A stretch of DNA of 63,888 nucleotides, filler included, from Aduncisulcus paluster (Eukaryota): assembly GCA_024181965.1 (NCBI GenBank). It is 31 parts of 31 records of this genome, joined end to end, with 100 filler letters (N's around TTAATTAATTAA, not from the genome) between each part and the next. Parts side by side here need not be neighbours in the genome. Positions count along the whole stretch, not along the records: positions 1 to 1,709 come from BQXS01007407.1; positions 1,810 to 3,025 come from BQXS01007467.1; positions 3,126 to 4,871 come from BQXS01007473.1; positions 4,972 to 6,136 come from BQXS01007521.1; positions 6,237 to 7,310 come from BQXS01007543.1; positions 7,411 to 8,853 come from BQXS01007553.1; positions 8,954 to 10,192 come from BQXS01007586.1; positions 10,293 to 11,346 come from BQXS01007602.1; 23 more parts are not named here. One strand, written 5' to 3'. Below are positions 1-13,882 of the stretch, piece by piece. Below the pieces are notes generated by a model. That model saw nothing but the letters and a program-made list of their open reading frames with translations, did not search any database and was not told where the DNA came from. Position 1 is the first letter of the stretch, and each line of letters opens with the position of its first letter. The translations under genes and the position numbers were made by a program.

Positions 1-756
1 CTTTTAATGTCAAATATGTTACAAATGCCCATGACATTATAGCAACAAAAACAGGTACCCATTTTGTTGCTGCTTCTATTTTATCTTCTTTATAAACTAT
101 TGTTTTTTTAATTGCAAATAAAAATAGTGCTGCAACTACACCCCCTAATATAGGTGATACAATCCATGAGAGTGCAATTTTTGCAACTGTGCCCCAAGCA
201 ACGATACTAAAGCCAGCAGCTGCAATACCTGCACCCATAACTCCACCAACAATCGAGTGAGTTGTAGATACAGGAGCTTTTGCCATTGTGGCTATATTTA
301 ACCAAACAGCTGCAGCAAGAAGAGNNNNNNNNNNNNNNNNNNNNNNNNNNNNNNNNNNNNNNNNNNNNNNNNNNNNNNNNNNNNNNNNNNNNNNNNNNNN
401 NNNNNNTCAATAATCCCTTTTTTAATAGTTTTTACAACATCTCCACCTGCAATAAGCGCACCACTTGCTTCAAAAATTGCAGCAATAACAATAGCCCCAC
501 CCATAGTAAGTGCTTTTGAGCCAACAGCTGGACCAACATTATTTGCTACATCATTAGCCCCAATATTCATAGCCATGTAAGCTCCAAATAAAGCTGCAAT
601 GGCTAAAAAAAGATTATTTGGAATTCCTCCAGTTGATATAAAGCTATAACTTAATACTACAACCATAAAAAAGAGTGCAAATCCTAATCTAATAAAATCA
701 ATACCACTACTTTTCATTGCTTCTTTCTCTAGTTTTTTCACTGTTAAAATCTCCAT
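1..756 (-). CDS. Inorganic phosphate transporter, PiT family (3' partial, N gap inside)
   Basis: Signature GANDVANNVG and hydrophobic helices; the frame after the gap continues with APVSTTHSIVGG. AT-rich, Campylobacterota-like. Confidence 0.9.
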
Positions 757-890
757 TTGTAATCTTCCTGTAACTTATTTTTGTTATAAAGTATACAATG
801 AAATAACTTAATGTAAATAATAAAAAAAGTGCTTAAAAGAGGGGCTTTGACTATAATATATAACTAAAATACATATTAAATAATTAAAAA

Positions 891-1416
891 TTATTTATAT
901 TTATCTTTATTTGTTAAATAAAAATATATTGAGTTTAATTCTTCGTTTGTTAAAAAATATTTAGGCATACTATTCCCATAAATTAATTTTTCACAAATTT
1001 GATTTTTTGAGAATTTTTTCTTAGGTTTTTCTTTTTTCGGATCTAGTGTAGCTATGAAGTTTTCATAAGTGATATTTGTAATATCTTCAGAGCGAATGGT
1101 ACAANNNNNNNNNNNNNNNNNNNNNNNNNNNNNNNNNNNNNNNNNNNNNNNNNNNNNNNNNNNNNNNNNNNNNNNNNNNNNNNNNNNNNNNNNNNNNNNN
1201 NNNNNNNNNNCAATTATATTTCACTTTATTTCGAACATGTGTAAAAGAAGTTATTGTTTTTCCTTTTGCATCATCTCCATGGCATTTCACACAACTTATG
1301 CCTCTAGGGTTTGCATAAAGCATTTTTCCATACTCAAATTTTGTGATAAAAGAGTTATTAAAACCATCTTTTGCATAGAGTAGGGATGTTAAAAATAAAA
1401 AAAGTAATTTAATCAT
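891..1416 (-). CDS. c-type cytochrome (N gap inside)
   Basis: Signal peptide and CVKCH heme motif. A frame after the gap gives SMPKYFLTNEELNSIYFYL and stops at 891-893. Confidence 0.75.
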
Positions 1417-1498
1417 AAATTGAATTTTATCATTAAAGAGCTTATTAGTAAATTTTAGATAAAATTAGTCATATTTACAATTTAATTTAGGAGTAAGT

Positions 1499-1709
1499 TT
1501 GATAACTTTAAAAGAAGCATTAAGCTTAAATAATGAAGAGATTTCATTGTTAAGAGACGAAATAGCTGCAAAAATAGAAGACACAAAAGTACTGGGTGCT
1601 TATGTCGAACAACTAACATCGAAAAAAGTTACAGGAAATACATCAGGAATACCAATTGCAATTAAAGACAATATAAATGTTGTAGGATATCCAATGACTT
1701 GTAGTAGTA
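1499..1709 (+). CDS. gatA: Asp/Glu-tRNA amidotransferase subunit A (5' fragment)
   Basis: MITLKEAL..., GIPIAIKDNI..MTCSS amidase N-terminus; AGGAG RBS upstream. Confidence 0.85.
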
Positions 1710-1809
1710 NNNNNNNNNNNNNNNNNNNNNNNNNNNNNNNNNNNNNNNNNNNNTTAATTAATTAANNNNNNNNNNNNNNNNNNNNNNNNNNNNNNNNNNN
1801 NNNNNNNNN

Positions 1810-3025
1810 TAATAGTTGGTTTTCTCATTGGCACCAGAAATGCTAAGGTTGTGTTTTTGCGAAACAGAATTTCGAAATAAAATATCCAGCCAATCTGTAT
1901 TTTGCTCTTCAAAGAACTTTACCTTCTCAAGAAATTCAGTGTAACTTATTTTTTTCGCATAAAAATCGTACAAAGCTCCCTCATAGGATACATGAGCAGG
2001 AGGCTGATTATAAAGCAATCCTCTCTCAACAGCTTCCTTTGATACATCAATTCTTTCTTTTGAATTCATCCTATTCAAATTTTTATAACTAGGACGTTCA
2101 TTAAAAGTAAAATTTGTTGAGTATTGGACTTTCGCCGGTCCTATTTTTCCTTTTTTCGTGGTAATAACAATTACACCATTGGCTGCTTTAACCCCGTAAA
2201 TAGCAGTGGCTGAGGCATCCTTTAACACGTCGATTCGCTCAATATCTTCAGGATTAAGCGAAGAAATCGCATTTCCAATCAGGTNNNNNNNNNNNNNNNN
2301 NNNNTATATTATCCAATGAGTTCAACTCTGTTGGAGATAATGGAACCGGATCTTCCAGAATTACACCATCAACCACCCAAACTGGCTCACGATTGCCTGA
2401 TATCGAAGAAGCTCCACGTATTCTAATTTTAGGAGCTACACCTGGAGTCGAAGTGTTGTTAACAACGGATAATCCTGCAATTTTCCCTTGCAGCATATTA
2501 TCAACCGATAAGGCACCTCCTTCTTTAATTTGCTCAGCATTAACGGTAATAACTGAAGAGGAAAGCTTTCGTTTTTCAATTTTCTGATAACCAGTAACTA
2601 CAATCTCCTTCAATTTTTCTGCAGCCGATTGTAAGGTCACATTTATTTCTGTTTTATCTCCGAGAATAATCTCCTGATTGATCATCCCAACAAAGCTATA
2701 AACCAATACTTCTGCCTTCGCAGGCACTACTATCTTATAGTTTCCATTTACATCGGTTGTAGTTCCCAAAAAGGAACCCTTAACTATAACTGTAACTCCA
2801 GGAAGAGCCAATCCATCATTATCAATCACTTTCCCGTTAATAGTTATCTTTTCTTTTTGTTCTTTGAGAATAGGCTCTAGTTCTCTGTCAACCACCATTA
2901 TCACCTCATCCTGAAATTTACATTCCATATTCGTATTCTCAAAGATTGCATCAAGTACTTTATCAACTCTCTTATCTGTAACATCAATATTGATAGCATC
3001 CAATTCAACAATTTTATCTTCGTTG
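1810..3025 (-). CDS. SusC/RagA TonB-dependent outer membrane protein (fragment)
   Basis: [44 protein letters not shown] plug motifs; Bacteroidota. Confidence 0.92.
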
Positions 3026-3125
3026 NNNNNNNNNNNNNNNNNNNNNNNNNNNNNNNNNNNNNNNNNNNNTTAATTAATTAANNNNNNNNNNNNNNNNNNN
3101 NNNNNNNNNNNNNNNNNNNNNNNNN

Positions 3126-4871
3126 TATCGGTTCCATCATAATTCCCACATTCATACCCATACTCATCAACAGGACATTTGGACAGACAATCATCACCAT
3201 ACCATCCATCTGAGCACACAATGGCAATATCATCCACAGTAGAATCAGTCCCAATTCCAATACAATGCTCATTGATACTTGAAAGAGCGAGGCCACAACA
3301 CATGGCATATAAGTCAGTAATTTCCTCATCGATGAGCACACAAGATAATGAGGATGAACTCACATCAGTGTAACATGATGAACAGCATGTTGCAGAATAC
3401 TCACCTGACCAAATCTCAGAGCAGACGATATTGGACGAAAGTGAGATGGAATCATCAGTACAGAAACAATCGTTATCAGCGAAGATAGAATACCCATCAC
3501 TTGTCAACGATGATAACGGTGATGTGAAGACAGACACGAAAGCATTCACTTCTTCAACATCATCCATGCCACAGATATTGTTGTCACGCAGATCAAGTGT
3601 GGTGAGAGTTGCAGAAAGTAAGAACAATGGAGATGGATCAGAGATGTTATTATCACTGGCATCAAGATACTCTAACATCGGGAACAGGATCGTGTAAGAG
3701 GTAGAAGCAGAACCAGAATCAACTTCATAAAGCCACATCAAATCATCCAACTCCATGCCACTCACATCAAGCTCGGTGAGATATGATCCAAAAATAGATG
3801 CAACATCAGAGAGCGGGATATCTGTATTTGCAACACGCAAAGAGGTCAGAACACCAGACAGAGACGAGATCTGGGTCAAGGCATCCACGGCTGTGTCGGA
3901 GATGTTCAGAGCAGTCAAATGGTTAAACACACTCAAGGAGTCAAGAACAGAGATATTACGCAAGGAAGTGTTTCCACTCAGATCGATGCATGAGATGTTC
4001 GTGAGATATTCAAGTCCAGATAGGTCAGTGATATCACCTCCAGAAACAACATCTGAGGAGAGATCAAGACATTCATCGGCAGACAATGTAATCCCTGCAA
4101 GATCACTCTCTGTCAGATCGTCACATGTGTAGTCATGACCATCAACAAGTGAACACAGAGTCGTAAGAATGTTGGAATCTGGGATTGTGACATATTGACA
4201 CGAGTCGCCATGGAAGCCAGAGAGAGCGCAATCACATGTATGGGAAGGAAGTAGACATGTTCCATACTCATACCCTCCACATTGGTGTTGGTTGGAAAAA
4301 TGAAGTGGACATTCATCCTGACATTCAACACCATACCACCCTTCAAGACACAATGTATCAGTAAAAATAATACTAGAACACTCCACTTTCACATTGTCCA
4401 TGGATGATTCAACACACGTGGGGAATGAGGCAGGTGGAGTGTAGTTATCCGATTCATCAAGATACAACACACATGAACTTGAGCCATCTCCATTATCTAC
4501 TTTGTAACTGTACAGATTACACTCCACACCCCATTGTTCGTGGGAAGTAGTGGTTGTGGTCACTCCACCATTGCCATCATCTTCTTCAACAGTTTCCGTC
4601 CACTCCCACACTTTACGACAGATCGTGTTGGAGGAAAGAGACGCGGCAGAAGAAGTATCTGAACAATGAATAACGGGATCACCAGCACCATCACCAGCAG
4701 TCTCAGAGGATGAACAGAAACCACAGGAAGAAGTGTCCTGTGAGGAAGATGTGATGGAAGGAGGCCTGGCGCTCGCATTAGCTCCAGGGAAGAAAACATA
4801 CAACGCAGAACCATCATCATACGCAACTCCATCAAGACAGATGGAATTGTAGCTGATGTCAAGTGTGGCCA
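3126..4871 (-). CDS. Eukaryotic leucine-rich-repeat plus EGF-like Cys-rich surface protein (fragment)
   Basis: LxxLxLxxNxIxD repeats (LEYLDASDNNISDPSPL, LTTLDLRDNNICG) flanked by EGF-like CxxGWYGxxC and CxCxxGFHGxxC motifs. Confidence 0.75.
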
Positions 4872-4971
4872 NNNNNNNNNNNNNNNNNNNNNNNNNNNNN
4901 NNNNNNNNNNNNNNNTTAATTAATTAANNNNNNNNNNNNNNNNNNNNNNNNNNNNNNNNNNNNNNNNNNNN

Positions 4972-5794
4972 GTCTACATCTATATCCGCGACGAATACCC
5001 GGCCTGCCGCGAGATCCTCGAGCGCGAGATCGCAAAGCTTCCGCCCGGTGGTCCGACCCTGCATCTGCGGCGCGGCGCCGGCGCCTATATCTGCGGCGAG
5101 GAATCCTCGCTGCTGGAATCGATCGAGGGCAAGCGCGGCCTGCCGCGGCACAAGCCGCCATATCCGTTCCAGGTCGGGCTGTTCGGCCTGCCGACGCTGA
5201 TCAACAACATCGAGACGTTGTGGTGGGTGCGCGACATCGTCGAGAAGGGCGCCGACTGGTGGAAGAGCCACGGCNNNNNNNNNNNNNNNNNNNNNNNNNN
5301 NNNNNNATCCCGGCGTCAAGCTCGCGCCCGCCGGCATCACCTTGCGCGAACTGATCGACGAGTTCTGCGGCGGCATGGCCGACGGCCACACCTTGCAGGC
5401 CTATCTGCCGGGCGGTGCATCCGGCGGCATCCTGCCGGCCTCGATGGATGACATCCCGCTCGATTTCGGCACGCTGGAGAAATACGGCTGCTTCATCGGT
5501 TCGGCCGCCGTCGTCGTGCTCTCGCAGGCTGATGACGTCAGGGAGGCCGCGCTGAACCTGATGAAGTTCTTCGAGGATGAGAGCTGCGGGCAATGCACGC
5601 CCTGCCGCGCCGGGACCGAGAAGGCGGCGCTGCTGATGCAGCGACCGGTCTGGGACAAGGAACTGCTCGACCAGTTGAGCCAGGCGATGCGCGATGCGTC
5701 GATTTGCGGCCTCGGTCAGGCCGCCTCCAATCCGCTGACATCAGTGATCAAGTATTTTCCGGACGGCTTTCGTCCGCAGCAAGCCGCCGAATAG
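4972..5794 (+). CDS. fdsB: NAD-dependent formate dehydrogenase beta subunit (NuoF-like), 5' partial
   Basis: RRGAGAYICGEESSLLESIEGKRG and ESCGQCTPCR..CGLGQA motifs; followed by the alpha subunit. Confidence 0.8.
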
Positions 5795-5830
5795 GCGGGC
5801 CGGGCAGGGCGAATTTCGACGAGGATTCGA

Positions 5831-6136
5831 ATGAGCAACCATCAGAACTCCGGCCAGACGATCAAGTTCGAGCTCGACGGGCAGCAAGTCGAAGCGCGGG
5901 CCGGCGAAACCATCTGGCAGGTCGCCAAGCGTCAGGGCACCGAGATCCCGCATCTCTGCTATTCGCCCGCGCCTGATTATCGGCCGGACGGCAATTGCCG
6001 CGCCTGCATGGTCGAGATCGAGGGCGAGCGCGTGCTGGCAGCGTCTTGCAAGCGCACGCCTGCGGTCGGCATGAAGGTGAAGTCGGCGAGCCAACGCGCG
6101 GTCGCGGCGCAGAAGATGGTGATGGAGTTGCTCGTC
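5831..6136 (+). CDS. fdsA: Formate dehydrogenase alpha subunit, N-terminal 2Fe-2S domain (partial)
   Basis: IPHLC..GNCRACMVEIEG..ASC 2Fe-2S motif. Confidence 0.8.
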
Positions 6137-6235
6137 NNNNNNNNNNNNNNNNNNNNNNNNNNNNNNNNNNNNNNNNNNNNTTAATTAATTAANNNNNNNN
6201 NNNNNNNNNNNNNNNNNNNNNNNNNNNNNNNNNNN

Positions 6236-7178
6236 NTGACGCCGCCGACGGTGTGGACGGTCGACTGCAGCACCACGCCATCCTGCGGCGCGCGGATCTC
6301 GATACGACGGAGCTGATCCTCGGCGGTCACCTTGCGCTCGACGAACTCGCCGATCTTGTCGTTGGTCTCGCGCAGGTCCTTCGAGACCTCCGACAGCATG
6401 TCCTTGTCGACCTGGATGATCTGCAGCTCGGTCTCGGTGATCTTGCCCTTGGCCTGGGCGCGCGAGGCGATGTACTGCGCGCGCTCGCCGGAGAGCCGCG
6501 CCGCGTCGCGCTCCAGCGTGGTCAGGCGGGTGAGCTGCACCNNNNNNNNNNNNNNNNNNNNNNNNNNNNNNNNNNNNNNNNNNNNNNNNNNNNNNNNNTC
6601 CTTGTCCTTGGCAGCCTCCTGCGCCTGCAGGCCGGAGATCTCCTCGTTGAGCTGGGTGACCCGCTCGCGCAACTGCGCCTTCTGGCCGGTGCGGCCGTTG
6701 ACCCGCACCTCGAACAGCTTGGTCTCGCTCGCCATGATATCGCGAACGTCGGGATCCCTGGCCTGCTCGGTGAGCTGCGGCGGAAACGCGATCTTGTCGA
6801 GGCCTTGCTGTTCGGCCTGGAGCCGGGCCGCGCGCGCGTAGGGCCGTTCAGCGTCTTGACCACGATCGCAAGGCTCGCCTTGACGACAGTCTCGTCGAGG
6901 CGCACGACGACGTCGCCCGCCTTGACCGTGTCGCCGTCGCGCGCCAGGATTTCGCCGACGACGCCGCCGGTCGGATGCTGCACCTTCTTGACGTTGGTAT
7001 CGACCACCACCGAGCCCGGCGCGATCAGCGCGCCCGAGATCGGCACCGTCGCCGCCCAGCCGCCGACACCACCGCCCAGCACCAGCACCACGGCGAGGCC
7101 GACCACGAGGTGCTTCCTGATCGAAGCATGTGCATTGCGCGGTTGATCGGTCATGCGGGCGCTCGTGCGGTCGCTCAT
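6236..7178 (-). CDS. Type I secretion membrane fusion protein, HlyD/PrtE family (partial, 1-bp frameshift near 6841)
   Basis: VKKVQHPTGGVVGEILARDGDTVKAGD in one frame, coiled coil and IRAPQDGVV in the next frame. Confidence 0.85.
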
Positions 7179-7310
7179 GACTTGGCCGCCCCGGCATCGG
7201 CGACGATCTTGATCGGCGTCGGCACCGGCGGCGCGGCGCGCTGAAGCACCTGCGCCAGCACGGTTTCCTTCGGGCCGAAGGTCTGCATGCGGCCGTCCTT
7301 CAGCACCAGC
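7175..7310 (-). CDS. Type I secretion ABC transporter (PrtD family), C-terminal fragment
   Basis: LVLKDGRMQTFGPKETVL tail; its stop overlaps the HlyD start (ATGA). Confidence 0.7.
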
Positions 7311-7410
7311 NNNNNNNNNNNNNNNNNNNNNNNNNNNNNNNNNNNNNNNNNNNNTTAATTAATTAANNNNNNNNNNNNNNNNNNNNNNNNNNNNNNNNNN
7401 NNNNNNNNNN

Positions 7411-8853
7411 TAGAGTTTTTCTCATTTTTATCAAATGAAAAAGAGAGCATCGAGCCTTTTAATGTAAAATATATGGATGAAATAGGTGAAATTGTAACTT
7501 CTTTAAATGATAATATAGTTAAAGTTATTGAAGGAATAGATAAAAATACAAAAGCTATTAGTGTTAGTGCTAATACCTGTAGGCAAGCTTCTTTGGGTAA
7601 TTTAGATGTTAGAATTAAAGCAGAAGCTGCAAATCCAGAAATCAATAATTTAATTTCAATAGTAAATGATTTATTAAGTTCAATGGAGCAAAATATAGAT
7701 AAGACATTAGTTACACTAGATGAATANNNNNNNNNNNNNNNNNNNNNNNNNNNNNNNNNNNNNNNNNNNNNNNNNNNNNNNNNNATCTTTTTGATCAAGT
7801 TGATCTATTGGGAGAAACACTTACAAAATTGAGTGGACAAAACCTTAAAAATGGTAAAGCTTTACAACAAACAGCGAATGTTTTTTCTCATAATGTTAAA
7901 CTTTTAAAAACATCATCTAATGAACAATCCGCATTGTTAGATGAAACAACTGGTTCTATTGAAGATATTATGAATAATATTAAAAGCACAAGTAATAATA
8001 GTAAAAATATGGAATCAATCGCTAACGAAGTTACTAAATACTCTACAGATGGGCATCATTTAGCAGAAGAAACAGCTGCTGCTATGAATAACATTTATGG
8101 AAAAGTAGATGCTATTTTGGATTCAATTGATACTATTAAACAAATATCTTTTCAAACAAATATTTTATCACTAAATGCTGCAGTTGAAGCTGCAACAGCA
8201 GGTGAGGCAGGAAAAGGTTTTGCTGTTGTAGCACAAGAGGTACGAAATCTTGCGACAAGAAGTGCCGAAGNNNNNNNNNNNNNNNNNNNNNNNNNNNNNN
8301 NNNNNNNNNNNNNNNNNNNNNNNNNNNNNNNNNNNNNNNNNNNNNNNNNNNNNNNNNNNNNNNNNNNNNNNNNNNNNNNNNNNNNNNNNNNNNNNNNNNN
8401 NNNNNNNNNNNNNNNNNNNNNNNNNNNNNNNNNNNNNNNNNNNNNNNNNNNNNNNNNNNNNNCTCAAAAAATCGAAGATTTAATAACAGTTGCATCTGAT
8501 GAATCAAAAAGAGGAAGTGAAATAGCTCAAAATATGATTGAAGGATACAATTTACTTAATGAACGAATTAAATCGACAATAGAACTTATAGAGATAGTTT
8601 CAAATGACAATAATATTCAAATGATAAAAATAGAAAACATTAATGAAATAATCAAAAATGTAGATAAAAATGCAAATGAAAATGTTAAAATTGTAAATGA
8701 AACAAATATTGTTGCAAGGCAATCAGAAAAAATAGCATCAAATATTGTTGCAGATGCAGGATCGAAAAAATTTGTAGGGAAAGAAAATATCAAAATTAGA
8801 AAAAAACTTCAAGACCCACATTTTAAAGGGGTAGATAGAAGAGAAAAGATAGA
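7411..8853 (+). CDS. Methyl-accepting chemotaxis protein (partial)
   Basis: [37 protein letters not shown] signalling hairpin, preceded by HAMP-like segments. Confidence 0.92.
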
Positions 8854-8953
8854 NNNNNNNNNNNNNNNNNNNNNNNNNNNNNNNNNNNNNNNNNNNNTTA
8901 ATTAATTAANNNNNNNNNNNNNNNNNNNNNNNNNNNNNNNNNNNNNNNNNNNN

Positions 8954-10192
<1,239 letters not shown>

Positions 10193-10702
10193 NNNNNNNN
10201 NNNNNNNNNNNNNNNNNNNNNNNNNNNNNNNNNNNNTTAATTAATTAANNNNNNNNNNNNNNNNNNNNNNNNNNNNNNNNNNNNNNNNNNNNCTACAAGG
10301 TTTTTACTCTACTCTATCCTTTTTTTTCTCTCAGACACCCTTTCTTCTTCAGTCTATGCCATAAATAAAATGGAAATTACCTTTTCTTATTCATCTGATA
10401 CTCTATCACTAAGATAGTGATAAGTTCTAAAAAATCTTACATACAATTCCTTTATTTCTAATGGCATTTCATCTGCTTACCCATTCTTTTCTCGAAGCCA
10501 AGCACTAATTACATTCGCTTCATCACCTATCGATAACGACAAAGAATACCATATCACATTTCCACAATACATTTCCTATCCGCCAACAGTCATTTCCGAA
10601 TTAACATCATAGTTCGAACCAACTACATAAGACATTGGAAGGACAAGCTGCCTCTCTTTCTTTCTTATTTGCCTCTTTCCCTCCAAAGAAGAAGGAGGAG
10701 AC

Positions 10703-11346
10703 AATCTGGTTTAAGAACAAAACCAAAACAGATCTCTTCCGTCGCAAACAAGCACAGCATTTCAAATTAAGACAAGAGTTGCAACGGATTCTCATGTACC
10801 TCAAAACCCAGAGCCTTGCCCTGGGCTATAAATATTCTGCCCCAACAGGGTATTCCTTAAAGCGGTGTTCCTTTCTCCTTAAGGAGAGGAAGAAATTACC
10901 AATAATAAAATCATACGAATGAACCTTCTCCATTCGGCATCATGAAAAAGATCATTAGAATTGAAGCAATGCCTTAGTAAGATCGGGAAGCTAAGAACTT
11001 GTTCGCAGATCACCCGACCGCACTTAGGTATTGCAATAAGAATCATGATCTTTTTAATGCAGCCTTGAGCTTTTTGCTTCGTTTTTGGGTCAAGCCAAAA
11101 ATGAAGAGCCCATCCGGCTTAAGGATAAAAAACAAGATCTCTTCCGTCGCAAACGACCACAGCATTCCAAATTAAAACAAGGGTTGCAACGGATTCACAT
11201 GTACCTCAAAATCCTGGGCTATAAATATTCTGCTCCTACAGGGAATTTCTTAAATGGTGTTCCTTTCTCCTTAAGGAGAGGAAGAAATTACCAATAATAA
11301 AATCATACGAATGAACCTTCTCCATTCGGCATCATGAAAAAGATCA
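10703..11346. repeat. Two diverged ~240 bp non-coding direct repeats (about 10703-10954 and 11111-11346)
   Basis: Shared blocks AGATCTCTTCCGTCGCAAAC, CCTGGGCTATAAATATTCTGC.CC.ACAGGG and TCCTTAAGGAGAG..AAAAGATCA, with substitutions and indels between copies. Confidence 0.8.
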
Positions 11347-11446
11347 NNNNNNNNNNNNNNNNNNNNNNNNNNNNNNNNNNNNNNNNNNNNTTAATTAATT
11401 AANNNNNNNNNNNNNNNNNNNNNNNNNNNNNNNNNNNNNNNNNNNN

Positions 11447-11543
11447 CAACAACGGCCTCGATCACGTTGTAGGTGATGGTGGCCGCGACAAACATGCGGA
11501 CCCTGCGGCCGAGCACCTCTCGCCGCTCTGGCGCGAGCACCAT
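11447..11543 (-). CDS. Cation (Cd/Co/Zn) transporter, 5' fragment
   Basis: MVLAPERREVLGRRVRMFVAATITYNVIEA; translationally coupled to the ArsR gene (TGATG). Confidence 0.6.
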
Positions 11544-11875
11544 CAGCAGCACCCCTCATCACTCACCGGGCAGCACGATGGATCCACCGTCAGCACCAAA
11601 TCCACCAAATCGTCCAAGGCGCGGCCGATCCGCTCGTCGGCCAGCTCGTAGCGGGTGCGCCGCCCCTCAGGAACAGCCACCACCAACCCGCAACCACGAA
11701 GGCAAGCAAGATGATTGGAGGTGATCTGCCGCGACACCCCCACCTCCTCGGCAAGTTCGGAGGGATAGCCCGGCCGCGCCCGCAGGCTCAGCAGGATCGC
11801 CGCACGCGTCGAATCCGACAATGCACACCCGAATCGTGTCAGGGCATCGCGATGAATCACGGTCTCCATGCCCAA
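11543..11875 (-). CDS. cmtR: ArsR/SmtB family Cd/Pb-sensing repressor, CmtR-like
   Basis: SNHLACLRGCGLVVAVPEGRRTRYEL with C-terminal Cys residues. Confidence 0.8.
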   Translation of the reverse strand: MGMETVIHRDALTRFGCALSDSTRAAILLSLRARPGYPSELAEEVGVSRQITSNHLACLRGCGLVVAVPEGRRTRYELADERIGRALDDLVDLVLTVDPSCCPVSDEGCC

Positions 11876-11876
11876 G

Positions 11877-11900
11877 ATAGTACAGATCTAGCTGTACTAT
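11877..11900. promoter_or_regulatory. Probable CmtR operator (9-6-9 inverted repeat)
   Basis: ATAGTACAG-ATCTAG-CTGTACTAT directly upstream of the cmtR start. Confidence 0.65.
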
Positions 11901-11902
11901 TC

Positions 11903-12776
11903 CTAGGCGGGCACCTCACCATGAGACACAGCGCGCGCCGCCTCCCCCGCCCGCAGGAAGCTCCCGGTTCGCTGCTTGCCCAGGATGCCGGTGGGCTGCC
12001 CGTCAATCACGACCGCCCGTCCGCCGATCAAGACGGTGCTGACTGTCGCATCGTTCCGGTTGACCATTCGCGATAGTCCTCCGTAGGCGGCAACCGAATG
12101 TTCCGCATACTCGGTCAGCGTTCCGTCGAGCTTNNNNNNNNNNNNNNNNNNNNNNNNNNNNNNNNNNNNNNNNNNNNNNNNNNNNNNNNNNNNNNNNNNN
12201 NNNNNNNNNNNNNNNNNNNNNNNNNNNNNNNNNNNNNNNNNNNNNNNNNNNNNNNNNNNNNNNNNTCACGAAAAGGTCTGCCCGATCACCGATTCGGAGA
12301 TGTCCGGCGTCGATCTGGTACCAGTCCGCGAGCTCGCCGGTAAGGCGGTGCACTGCCCGTTCGATGGTCATGAAGGGTTGTCCGGCTTGTTGCGCCTCGC
12401 GCACGTGGCGCAGGAGCCGAAGTCCGAAGTTGTAGAAGGCCATGTTGCGCAGATGGGCGCCGGCATCGGAGAAACCGATCTGAATCCCGGGATCTTGCGC
12501 CAGTTGCTTAAGCACCTCTGGCCGGTGGTTGGAAATCGTGGTGCGCCAACGGATTGCCGTGCCGTGTTCGAGCACCAAATCCAGGAAGGCGTCCACCGGG
12601 TGCAGGCCACCCCGATCCACGCCGACCTGCCCGAAGGACTTGCCGACCACCGACTGGTCCGGGCAGGCAACAATCTCCGCATCGAAAAAGTCTCTGTGCC
12701 ACACCCGTACACCGAACTTGCTCTCATACTCCTTACGGAACCTGCGCCGGTACTTCTCGTCGCGCAGCAGCTCATT
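11903..12776 (-). CDS. N-acyl-D-amino-acid deacylase / amidohydrolase (3' part)
   Basis: FSDAGAHLRNMAFY, AVHRLTGELA..GDRADL; after the gap LSRMVNRND..RTGSFLRAG. Confidence 0.8.
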
Positions 12777-12876
12777 NNNNNNNNNNNNNNNNNNNNNNNN
12801 NNNNNNNNNNNNNNNNNNNNTTAATTAATTAANNNNNNNNNNNNNNNNNNNNNNNNNNNNNNNNNNNNNNNNNNNN

Positions 12877-13859
12877 CGCAGGCCGATATGGGCCAACTGA
12901 ATCTCGTGACCGTGATGCGTCCGCCGACGCAGTACCGCATCGCACCCAGTGCCGCCGTTGCGCCACCACCGCCCGGGATCCTGATGGCCCCAGGGGGTCT
13001 TGGTATCCCGAAGATCGCGTTGGACGCCTATCAGAACGCCGAACGCATGATGGCCAAGGCCGAGCCCGGGTGCGGGGTGAGCTGGAACCTGCTGGCGGGC
13101 ATCGGCCGGATCGAATCGGGCCACGCCAACAACGGTGCCACCGACGTGAAGGGCCGTGTGATCCGTCCGATCTATGGCCCCACTCTCGACGGCACGCTGC
13201 CGGGCAACGAGGTCATCATCGACCACGAGGAGAGTCGGACTCAGGGCGCCCAGGTGTACGTCCGCGCCATCGGGCCCATGCAGTTCCTGCCGAGCACCTG
13301 GAGTCGCTACGCCTCCGACGGAGACGGCGACGGCAAGGCCGACCCACAGAACATTTTCGACGCGAGTCTGGCGGCCGCCCGCTATTTATGCAGCGGTGGA
13401 TTGAATTTGCGGGACCACTCGCAAGTGATGTCGGCCATCCTGCGCTACAACAACTCGGTGGCCTACGCGCAGAACGTGCTCGCCTGGGCCGCCGGCTACG
13501 CCACCGGAGTGATTCCACTCAACCTGCCGCCGCTGNNNNNNNNNNNNNNNNNNNNGGCCCAGCTGCCGATCGTCAACCCGTTGACTCCCGATCGGGTCAG
13601 TGTCGCGGGCCTACCCGGGGCCACACCGCCGGCACCCGAAGCGCCTCAGGCTCCGTGCATGTTCTTCTGCGCGCCGCAGCCGCCGCCCGCCGAGCCATTC
13701 AACCCGTTCGCGCCGCCGCCTCCTCCGGCCGAACCGTTCAATCCGTTCGCCCCCAACCAGGCGCCGCAGCCGTTCAATCCGTTCGCCCCGCCGCCGCCCC
13801 CGGTGGAGTTGGGCCCGGCTCCCGGACCTGCCCACACACCGGCAGCGCCAAAGCCCTAA
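12877..13859 (+). CDS. Mycobacterial lytic transglycosylase-domain protein (Rv1230c-like) with Pro-rich tail
   Basis: LAGIGRIESGHA, AIGPMQFLPSTW, RYNNSVAY; three PFNPFAP repeats; upstream of mrp. Confidence 0.85.
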
Positions 13860-13882
13860 CCGGTACGCCCTAGACTCGGGTA

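Noticed and set aside
1754-1765. TTAATTAATTAA recurring about 30 times, and ORFs ending in LIN
   Set aside because: Always flanked by fixed N runs; an artificial all-frame-stop linker.
6830-6850. Frameshift in the HlyD gene as a pseudogene or recoding site
   Set aside because: One missing base restores LNGLYAR; likely a low-coverage error.
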